DNA of 64,000 nucleotides, from the sequence record OK428535.1, one strand, 5' to 3'. This DNA is from Escherichia phage vB_EcoM_Lh1B. Of the stretch, positions 8,290-16,150 are shown piece after piece. The notes below the pieces were generated by a model. That model ran no database searches. It had not been told where the DNA came from and was given only the letters and a program-made list of their open reading frames with translations. A program made the position numbers and the translations under genes. Position 1 is the first letter of the stretch. Each line of letters starts with the position of its first letter.

Positions 8290-10590
8290 ATGAAAGATAC
8301 CCGTATCGCTAGTCTGGACCAGCTGGTTCAGCAGGGCAATGCTCTGGTCGCTGCTGCCAAGGCAGGCTCTTCCGCTAATGACGTATGGCNNNCCGTNGCC
8401 NTTGTCGCCTCTNTACNTNAAAATGCTGCCGGCTTCACCAACCTGCGTGACACTGCTCAGCAGCACTACGAAGCTGTAAACCCTGGCAAAACCATGAGCC
8501 ACGCTGCCCAGGTTGCTTCTGCGATGATTCTGGCTGCTGCCGGTCACGAAGACGACTTCATGACCCGTGTTGCTGCCGAGAGCGCGAAGCCGGAATACGC
8601 CAGCTATATGCCGATCGCTATTTCTGGTGCAGCATCTCTGGCTGCTGACTACGGTAAAACTCCGCTGGTCGCAACCGAATACTACACCAACAAAGACCTG
8701 GACAAAAACCTGGGTCTGACCTGGACGCTGAACGTGCGTGCTCTGGAAACTCAATCCAAGTTTGCAGAAACCCTGTTCCCGACCATCACTGTGGACACCA
8801 ACGACGTCGGCATCACCGTTCGTACCAAAGTTACTACTGTAACTCGTGGTATCCTGAACGCCCTGCTGACCAAAGACGTGGTTGAAGACAACCGTCAGCC
8901 GCTGCATAACGCGCTGTCTAACCACAAAGTCCTGCAGGACGATGCTATCCGTATCGTACCTTACGTGATGGAAACCGGTGAGAACGCGAAGTTCTTCGTA
9001 TCCGAAGACATCATCGAAAACGAAAACGTTCAGCTGGGTCGTGTGCCGGCGTATCCGACCAACTACCTGNGCTTCTCTGAGCGTCGTCTGAACCTGTTCC
9101 AGCTGTCTGCCCATCCGGGTATCGTGCAGGAAGGTTACGATGAAACCGACGAAATCGCACCGGGTGCAGCGCTGGGNAGCCTGCTGCTGTCTGTGCGTAA
9201 GCCGACCGAAGAAGCGAAAGATGGCGCGCTGATCAAACTGAACGTACGCGACATGCAGTTCGCTACCTTCCAGCGTCCTCCTGAAGGCGATGGCCGTGAG
9301 CTGGTCCTGCAGTTCCGTCGCACTGTGTTCTCCCTGAACGCCAAGTCTCTGGACTGGAAAGGTGCTGAAATCCCGGCACTGGCCGCTCTGGCACAGAACG
9401 ATTACACCATTCGTTATTCCATGAACATCAGCATGTCTCTGTTCACCAACGGTCAGTTCTCTGGTCGTGTTGACGTGACTGCACCGTCTCTGGAAATCGA
9501 AGGTCTGTACGATGCAACTGGTACTGCTGTTGATATCGAAAGCGGCACCGGCAAAGTCATCATCGACAACCTGAAACTGGAGCTGCTGGGCTGGCGCTTC
9601 GACGGTACTCGTACCAACGAGAACCGGAGAACCCAGGGCCTTCTGCTCGACCCGATTTGGGAACAAGAGAACTACAAACTGCAGTACGGTTCTCCGATCA
9701 TGACCAAATCTCCGGTTGGCGTTGAATACGACGACACCGAACGTCTGGACGACCTCGTTTCTGCGGTTAACATCCGTAACGAAATGCTGGCTATCACTCA
9801 GACTCTGTCTTACACCGAAGCGGTTAAGAACGCAGCTGCGTCCATGATCACTCCGTGGGACAAACCTGCTATCCGCGGCCTGGGCCGTCACTGGGTTGCT
9901 CCGTGGTACAGCGAAAGCGACTACGAAGTGGACAAAGTGATCCAGTCTCTGGATACCAAAGATGCGCTCATCAACGCCCGTCAGGGTCTGGTACAGCGTA
10001 TCGGCGACCAGGTAACTCGTGCTATCCAGGATTCTCGTTTCATGCCGGCTCTGCGCCTGCTGACTGCGGACCCGAACGCACTGCCGAAAGTTGTTATCGC
10101 AACTGACGAACCGACTGCTGCAATGCTGCTGCTGGTTCAGGGTGACCAGCGTCTGCTGGGCGATCGCTACGAGTACGAAGTTATCACCACCAACGATGAC
10201 CGCTGGCGTGTGAAGAACGAAGCTGACGGCAGCTGGACTCGCCGCCTGCAGTGGGTTCTGAAAGTTCCAACCGCTGATGACGGTTCTTACTGTGTTCTGA
10301 ACTGGGGTAACCACTTCTGGTCTCCGATCATGGTAACCAACATCAACATCCAGCGTAACGGCGCTACCAGCAAAGAGCTGGCAGTACAGCCTCGTAACGC
10401 GCACATCTGCCACTGCCCGATCACTGGTCTGATCTGGATTAAAGGTATCACCAAGTTCGTGGAAGAGAAACTGGCGTTCAACGTCACTACTACTTCCAAC
10501 GGTACTGGCGGTACTAATGGCGGTAATGCGGGTGATGTTGGCGGCGGCGCTACCCAGCCAGGGACGGGNGGTGATGGCGCTGGCGGCTAA
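8290..10590 (+). CDS. putative major capsid protein (766 aa), highly expressed structural protein
   Basis: Very strong optimal-codon bias leaving a 715-aa antisense shadow ORF; size fits the ~750-aa capsid proteins of phiKZ-like phages; product call from context only. Confidence 0.45.
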   Translation: MKDTRIASLDQLVQQGNALVAAAKAGSSANDVWXXXAXVASXXXNAAGFTNLRDTAQQHYEAVNPGKTMSHAAQVASAMILAAAGHEDDFMTRVAAESAKPEYASYMPIAISGAASLAADYGKTPLVATEYYTNKDLDKNLGLTWTLNVRALETQSKFAETLFPTITVDTNDVGITVRTKVTTVTRGILNALLTKDVVEDNRQPLHNALSNHKVLQDDAIRIVPYVMETGENAKFFVSEDIIENENVQLGRVPAYPTNYLXFSERRLNLFQLSAHPGIVQEGYDETDEIAPGAALXSLLLSVRKPTEEAKDGALIKLNVRDMQFATFQRPPEGDGRELVLQFRRTVFSLNAKSLDWKGAEIPALAALAQNDYTIRYSMNISMSLFTNGQFSGRVDVTAPSLEIEGLYDATGTAVDIESGTGKVIIDNLKLELLGWRFDGTRTNENRRTQGLLLDPIWEQENYKLQYGSPIMTKSPVGVEYDDTERLDDLVSAVNIRNEMLAITQTLSYTEAVKNAAASMITPWDKPAIRGLGRHWVAPWYSESDYEVDKVIQSLDTKDALINARQGLVQRIGDQVTRAIQDSRFMPALRLLTADPNALPKVVIATDEPTAAMLLLVQGDQRLLGDRYEYEVITTNDDRWRVKNEADGSWTRRLQWVLKVPTADDGSYCVLNWGNHFWSPIMVTNINIQRNGATSKELAVQPRNAHICHCPITGLIWIKGITKFVEEKLAFNVTTTSNGTGGTNGGNAGDVGGGATQPGTXGDGAGG

Positions 10591-10621
10591 TAATCCGTAA
10601 GGATTACGTTGCCTAAGATTA

Positions 10622-10662
10622 GCTTACTCCCTTNGGGGNGNNAGNTTTTTNNTTTTTTNTNA
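10622..10662 (+). terminator. probable terminator after the capsid gene (N-containing)
   Basis: CTTACTCCCTT...GGGG...AG stem followed by long T-run; Ns obscure detail. Confidence 0.4.
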
Positions 10663-10673
10663 AAATTTNTANN

Positions 10674-10694
10674 TAGATATTATCTTAGGGAGAG
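10674..10694 (+). promoter_or_regulatory. promoter-like palindromic element, copy H (TAGATATTATCTTAGGGAG)
   Basis: Member of the AGATA-N-TATCT-TAGGGA family seen eight times. Confidence 0.4.
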
Positions 10695-10866
10695 AGTCGT
10701 TCGGTTTTAACTTAAGGAGACAGTAATGGTAATCAATTTAGAGAGATCAAGACTAGTTGCACCGATGTTTGATGGGCGCGGTTTTATGGCGAACGGTCCC
10801 AACGTCTAATACCCTAAAGTTTTTTACGTTAAGGGCACTGGGTATGAACCCGTGCCCAAAGTAATC

Positions 10867-10889
10867 TGAGATAGATATTATCTACGTGA
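10867..10889 (+). promoter_or_regulatory. promoter-like palindromic element, copy G (GAGATAGATATTATCTACGTGAA)
   Basis: Same motif family; upstream of gene 10899. Confidence 0.4.
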
Positions 10890-10898
10890 ATAATTCTT

Positions 10899-11927
10899 TT
10901 GGTATTATTACTGGGATGTTCAATGAACCGTTATGATTTAGACGTTCAGCCAACGCTAACCCAGCGGCCCATGCACCGTGGTGCCGTGTCGAAGACTATC
11001 ACGTACGAAAATAATACCGGGTTTCCCATATNCNNNACNGAACTCAGTGGCGGGCATTTTGTTTTAGCCCCGTCGTCCACCACAGCGGCGGAATTTGGGN
11101 TTGTGATTTACGTGACCTATACGGTGTTTGCGAACGGTGCTAACCTATCTGGTTTGCGCGACGCACATTCGCCAAAGCAGTATGCGCAGATATGTAAGGA
11201 ATTAACTACGAACGGCGAAACAACGCTGATGTATGTAGTTGATGATATCGGTGCATTAATGCGAGGCGACTTGGTGGTGTTGAAGAAGCTAGGAATGGCT
11301 TTCTCTACTCAACCAGTAAAACTCGATTCTGAGGTTATTGGTAAGCCGGGAGGGGATCGTAAAGAATTTGCCTTGGGCGTGGTAGTTGTACAGAAGTACG
11401 AAGACCCAGCACCTTTAAAGTGGCTGAGGTTCTATACAACGATGTTGGAAGTCGAACCGATTCGATCGAAGTATTACGACGAGGGTATTTACATGGTAAT
11501 CGGTGGTGCGGAGTGCGTCGAAGGGGGTAAGATGATAATGTACTCTTTCGATGACCCGATGTCCCCGTTCCGGGCGTTTGCATCTGAAGATGAAGCGAGG
11601 CGTTATCGGTGGCTCGATAACATTCCAGAGTTGCGANNTGTTCGTGCGAAGCTGGAAGCCACGTATCAGGCCAAGTTGCAAGATCTCGATGAGAAAAAGA
11701 ATCGGCAAGACCTCGATTATCGTACACAACTTAATAATCTGGCGCTAGAGAAGGAGAGGATTAACACCCTTAACACAATCCAGACGAATGAGCTTAAGTT
11801 GCGTTCCGATGTTCGTAAAGACCAATACGAGTCCCGAGCTTATCAGCGAAAAGATAGCTCGGAGTTCTTGAAATCCATTCCCGCGTATTTGGCTGCAGGG
11901 GTAGCACTCGTTGGGATGATTCTCTGA
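10899..11927 (+). CDS. hypothetical protein (342 aa) with coiled-coil and C-terminal transmembrane segment
   Basis: Long ORF; start ambiguous (an in-frame ATG at about 10923 is an alternative). Confidence 0.55.
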   Translation: MVLLLGCSMNRYDLDVQPTLTQRPMHRGAVSKTITYENNTGFPIXXXELSGGHFVLAPSSTTAAEFGXVIYVTYTVFANGANLSGLRDAHSPKQYAQICKELTTNGETTLMYVVDDIGALMRGDLVVLKKLGMAFSTQPVKLDSEVIGKPGGDRKEFALGVVVVQKYEDPAPLKWLRFYTTMLEVEPIRSKYYDEGIYMVIGGAECVEGGKMIMYSFDDPMSPFRAFASEDEARRYRWLDNIPELRXVRAKLEATYQAKLQDLDEKKNRQDLDYRTQLNNLALEKERINTLNTIQTNELKLRSDVRKDQYESRAYQRKDSSEFLKSIPAYLAAGVALVGMIL

Positions 11928-11938
11928 GGGAGGCCGGT

Positions 11939-13717
11939 ATGTTTAAAGATGCGATTAGGAAGATTAAAGAGGCAGGCGAAATAGTGCCTTTTAATCGTGC
12001 AATTGCAGAAGGAGTTGGGTACACACAAGCTAAAGACGGGATACATGATCGTGTGGCAACCATTCTACGTCGTGAGTTGACGTATGATGAAATCGATAAC
12101 CCGAAATTACCAGAAGGGTTAACGGTGTTAGGCTGCCGTCAGATGTCCCCGTTTGAAGCTTTTATCTTTAAGTTATCGAAGTCGGATAACAATTCACGAA
12201 ACAATCGTGGCCGGTCAATTATTAACATCTCATCCACTGACACGTATATGGTAATGGCCTCGTTCCGAGTTCCAGGCGATCCTCGCCCGGTGCAACGACC
12301 AATGAGCCTGCCGTTTATTCGTCGTGGCGGCTTAATGAACTACTACGGTACAACGTACCACGTAGCACCTGTAATCCACCAACCTGGTATTTGTCGTGAG
12401 CACGGTGGTATCTTTATTAACTTTGACTTCACCCGCAAGGTGTCTATCAAGTTCTGTAAGAAACCAACGAAGATTCTGGTGAATGGTCGCCCTGAGCAGC
12501 TGTTCTTGCCAGGTACATCGAATCTGTTTGTCTCAACTGGACAGATTGGACACGACACCGATGAGAAACCACTGATGTATTGGCTCTTTGGGCGCTACGG
12601 CTTTAAACAAGCTGTGAAGCGTTATGCGGGCGTTGATGTGACGATTTGGCCAGCGATTAAAGTACGTGATGTGGACTTAACGAAGTATGTGGTGATTCAG
12701 TCCGGTGAGCCACAACTCGCGAAGACCATCCAGTACGTACTGTTGGTTAAACGTGAAGATATGCCTAACACCGATGCAGGGCGTTGGGATCAAAACGAAC
12801 ATCTGTTGCTGGTAGCGACTGCCGCATTCTTCAAAGCGGCGCACTATTACGCAGGTAAACAGAACAGTAAGAACGGTCGTGCACCAACACTGCCGGGGCT
12901 GTTTACACAGATTAACGAAATGGCAATGGACGAAGATATTGCGAACCTCAATTCTGCAGCCTCCTGGCGCGAAGTGTTGGGTCGTAGTATTCGCGGACTG
13001 AAGCCTTCGGATATCGAACTGAGTCGCAGTATGGACAGCCACTTCCAGGAATGTGAACGCTATGTCAACAGCACCTTCCGTGGTGAGCTGATGGCAAACG
13101 ATCCGTCCATCCCTGATGATTTGGATATGTTTGATTTCCTCTGGTACACCACGCAGCTGATGGTGCGTACTCGTCTTACCAAACAAGATGATATTCCGTC
13201 TATGTACGGAAAACGTCTCACGGTAACCGATTACTTACTGTTGGGCCAACGTGGCTTTACCACAACGATCTCGAAAATACGTTGGAAGCTGGGGCAGTTG
13301 GAACATCGGACTCCAGAGACAGCGGCGAAGTCTATTCGAGACGCACTGAACAAACAGATCGTGCTCAATCTGGTGATGCGCACCATTACGAGCAACGGCG
13401 GTATCAGTTTCTTCAATGCCTCTACAGAATCAATGGTATTGGCAGTGTCTACGCACGCCATCGGTCAAACCGAAACCGATGCTAAGCGTTCGAAGAAAGG
13501 AGGCAAGACCGTTAACTTGAACGACCGTACTAAGCACGCATCTGCGTCGCATCTGGAATGTGGTAACGTCTACTATATTCCTAAGTCGGCACCGTTTAAG
13601 GCGAACATCCTCAACCCGTACATGAAGACCAACCCAAGTTTGGTAATGATGCGGAATCCTAAACTGGACCCGTACATCAGACCGACCGAAGAAGACATTG
13701 CTAAAATCGGCCGCTAA
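11939..13717 (+). CDS. hypothetical protein (592 aa)
   Basis: GGGAGG RBS upstream; long ORF. Confidence 0.65.
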   Translation: MFKDAIRKIKEAGEIVPFNRAIAEGVGYTQAKDGIHDRVATILRRELTYDEIDNPKLPEGLTVLGCRQMSPFEAFIFKLSKSDNNSRNNRGRSIINISSTDTYMVMASFRVPGDPRPVQRPMSLPFIRRGGLMNYYGTTYHVAPVIHQPGICREHGGIFINFDFTRKVSIKFCKKPTKILVNGRPEQLFLPGTSNLFVSTGQIGHDTDEKPLMYWLFGRYGFKQAVKRYAGVDVTIWPAIKVRDVDLTKYVVIQSGEPQLAKTIQYVLLVKREDMPNTDAGRWDQNEHLLLVATAAFFKAAHYYAGKQNSKNGRAPTLPGLFTQINEMAMDEDIANLNSAASWREVLGRSIRGLKPSDIELSRSMDSHFQECERYVNSTFRGELMANDPSIPDDLDMFDFLWYTTQLMVRTRLTKQDDIPSMYGKRLTVTDYLLLGQRGFTTTISKIRWKLGQLEHRTPETAAKSIRDALNKQIVLNLVMRTITSNGGISFFNASTESMVLAVSTHAIGQTETDAKRSKKGGKTVNLNDRTKHASASHLECGNVYYIPKSAPFKANILNPYMKTNPSLVMMRNPKLDPYIRPTEEDIAKIGR

Positions 13718-13748
13718 TTATTACATCTCTTAAGGAGTATTATTTACA

Positions 13749-15419
13749 ATGAGCATTACTGTTGAACAAATCAAAAACGTCATCGTTAAACACCTCGATC
13801 AGGACGCGGTACTGTCGCAGTTGAATAACGTGATGCGTAGTCGTAGCATTCCGCCAGATCAGGCGTTAAAGATTGCGACGTATGTTGCGGCATGGGCAGC
13901 ATCCAAAGGGGGTAGTGAAGCACAGGTTATCGCATATGCAGTCGATGCGTATAAAGCAGCTGCCTATCAGCAGGTGCATAACGCAGGCGACGCGTATANN
14001 GACGATCGTCACACCAAACTGGTTAATGCTTGGGAACAAGTCGGTAAGATTCTTGCCGAAATTCGTTCTCAGCAGTCCGGCGGTTTGGGTGGCAGTGGTG
14101 GTTTAGGTGGTGGTAGCAACGCAGGCGGGTTACTGGGCGGTAACAGTTCTGGCGGTGTGCGTGTTACTGATGGCTTGACCATGNCTTCTGCGCCATCCGG
14201 TGGTGTTAAGATTGGTAACACGGATGCGGCACTAACCGTGATTGCTGGCGGCGCAGGTCTTAACCTGGTCAGTGATCCTATTCTGAACCCACAGCCAGCG
14301 CAAGTAGCCCCAGCACAACAGCCCCAGCCTGAACCAGCACCGGTGCCTGTACAACCAATGCCGGTGTCTAATGCTACAGTTAATAACCCAGTGCTTTCCC
14401 CACTCGGCGCAACAGAAGAAACCGAGAAGGACACTACCAATGGCCCAATTAACAACATTCTGCAGGAGATTGATTTGATGGAAGACTACGCACTTCACGA
14501 GCTNAAAACCCCCGAGCTTAAAATGTCNATTCCAGCGAAGGAAGCTAACAGTCGCATTAAGCAATCTGTTTACGCGGAAACGCGTGATTGGGCTACACCG
14601 TTGCAAGATATCTTTAACGGTAATGAAGAGGTTGTTTTCTACGACGGGGCTGACCTGATTGTGCGTGCACGGGATAGTTATCGCGCGTATCTGGTTGGTG
14701 TTAACACTGATATGTGCGAACGCATGAAGCAATTTGTTGCTAAGCACGACGCACTGAAATCCGATCTCGACAGCCTGGCGTTGGTAGAAGATGTTGAAAC
14801 TATCATGGCTAAGGTGAAACGTACGATCGATGAGCTGCGTAAGAACACGAAAGAACTGCACGATTATGCGATTGCGAACAGCAGCGAAGCAGAAGTGGTT
14901 ATCAGTGAAATTTCTCGCTTTGCTAATGCGTACCTGGCGAATATCACTTTCCTGGTACACAACGCGCTGTCGCTGGGCACTAAGCGTGGTAAAGATGTGC
15001 CGAAGTTCAAAGCCATCGATTTCGAACGGAAAATCAGCGATATTGATTTCTTCGTAAAAGATCTGTTCACTGCAACCGCTGGCGACAACGGCGTAAGTGA
15101 ATATGAAGACTGGTTCCGTGACCTGTTCCTGATGGTGGCGAACTCTCTGCGCAAACTGACTATCAAGCTGAGCGATTCTGGCAAGGTGGTTAATCTGATT
15201 CAGAGCCAGTTCACCATCGTGATTCCGGGCATGTACCATTCTGTTGATAAACACGACGTAGTTACGGTAGCGTCTCTGGGCAATACCGCAGACCCGGTTG
15301 TGTCTATCTACGAAGCAGTACAGGAAAACGTGCCACATGCAATTGTATTGATGCAGCTGCCGCAGCACACTTACTTGCTTCTGAGCAATGGTGAGAAAAC
15401 TGCACCAGTGTTGTACTAA
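13749..15419 (+). CDS. hypothetical protein (556 aa) with Gly-rich and Pro/Gln-rich linker
   Basis: AAGGAG RBS; the 378-aa antisense ORF is treated as a shadow. Confidence 0.65.
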   Translation: MSITVEQIKNVIVKHLDQDAVLSQLNNVMRSRSIPPDQALKIATYVAAWAASKGGSEAQVIAYAVDAYKAAAYQQVHNAGDAYXDDRHTKLVNAWEQVGKILAEIRSQQSGGLGGSGGLGGGSNAGGLLGGNSSGGVRVTDGLTMXSAPSGGVKIGNTDAALTVIAGGAGLNLVSDPILNPQPAQVAPAQQPQPEPAPVPVQPMPVSNATVNNPVLSPLGATEETEKDTTNGPINNILQEIDLMEDYALHEXKTPELKMXIPAKEANSRIKQSVYAETRDWATPLQDIFNGNEEVVFYDGADLIVRARDSYRAYLVGVNTDMCERMKQFVAKHDALKSDLDSLALVEDVETIMAKVKRTIDELRKNTKELHDYAIANSSEAEVVISEISRFANAYLANITFLVHNALSLGTKRGKDVPKFKAIDFERKISDIDFFVKDLFTATAGDNGVSEYEDWFRDLFLMVANSLRKLTIKLSDSGKVVNLIQSQFTIVIPGMYHSVDKHDVVTVASLGNTADPVVSIYEAVQENVPHAIVLMQLPQHTYLLLSNGEKTAPVLY

Positions 15420-15426
15420 GTAATAC

Positions 15427-15460
15427 GGAGACCTTCGGGTCTCCTATTATTATTTTTTAT
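15427..15460 (+). terminator. rho-independent terminator (UUCG loop)
   Basis: GGAGACC-TTCG-GGTCTCC followed by T-rich run. Confidence 0.7.
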
Positions 15461-15484
15461 TCTATCGTGAAAAGGAGTATTAAA

Positions 15485-15751
15485 ATGTCTAGTGTTGAAG
15501 CAGTAATCTATTTTGAAAACGATGGGGTCGCGGGGTGCGGCTTCCCGAAGACAGCTGGGGTTAAATTTCTGTTGGCAAAGTATAAAGAAGAGCTTAAGAA
15601 AACGGCAGGGCAGAACCCTGGCGTGCCACTGCGTAGTGTTTTTCCTGAGATGGAGAAGGCTGCAAAAGTTGATCCGGTGTTGGGTATGTTCTGCGGGATG
15701 ATCAAAGAGCGATTTCCTGACATTGATAAGTACCACATTACGCTGGCGTAA
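15485..15751 (+). CDS. hypothetical protein (88 aa)
   Basis: AAGGAG RBS upstream of ATG 15485. Confidence 0.5.
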   Translation: MSSVEAVIYFENDGVAGCGFPKTAGVKFLLAKYKEELKKTAGQNPGVPLRSVFPEMEKAAKVDPVLGMFCGMIKERFPDIDKYHITLA

Positions 15752-15785
15752 TTATTATAGAGTAGCTCTATAATGAGGTTCGAGC

Positions 15786-16088
15786 ATGGTAAAGTTCATT
15801 GTTGTCAACATGGATTTTGAGCGTNGTGTGNGTTTTNNCTTTGAGTTACCTGAAAACAAAGNGNCTGAATATTTATTACCCGGCTTCCAAAAATCCAAAA
15901 CAGCGATTAGACATGGACGTCGCCGGCAAATCTTCTACAACGCCCGTAAAGGCCTCCTGAAGGCGTTAAAAGCAGCAAAGGATACAAAGGTATTGGAAAA
16001 GCTAGAACCTTTCCAGAACGACCCTNTGGCGATTGGTATCATGCTCGACGAACTGGTTAATAAACCCAAAGCTGCTGCAGAAGATTAA
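15786..16088 (+). CDS. hypothetical basic protein (100 aa)
   Basis: ORF with Ns near the 5' end; Lys-rich C-terminus. Confidence 0.45.
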   Translation: MVKFIVVNMDFERXVXFXFELPENKXXEYLLPGFQKSKTAIRHGRRRQIFYNARKGLLKALKAAKDTKVLEKLEPFQNDPXAIGIMLDELVNKPKAAAED

Positions 16089-16098
16089 AAAAAGAAAA

Positions 16099-16150
16099 GG
16101 TACCTCTCCCCGAAGGGAGAGGTAAACCTTATTTCTTTTTCTTTTTTTTT
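16099..16150. terminator. bidirectional terminator between convergent genes
   Basis: ACCTCTCCC-CGAA-GGGAGAGGT flanked by an A-run upstream and T-run downstream. Confidence 0.65.

Noticed and set aside
8266-10413. 715-aa ORF on the minus strand, antisense to the putative capsid gene
   Set aside because: It is fully contained within the plus-strand 766-aa gene. Strong codon bias on the plus strand removes stops from the reverse frame; the product is low-complexity Val/Arg/Gln-rich and the ORF has no RBS or terminator context.
14232-15368. 378-aa minus-strand ORF
   Set aside because: Antisense shadow of the 556-aa plus-strand gene 13749-15419, which has a strong AAGGAG RBS and a terminator.
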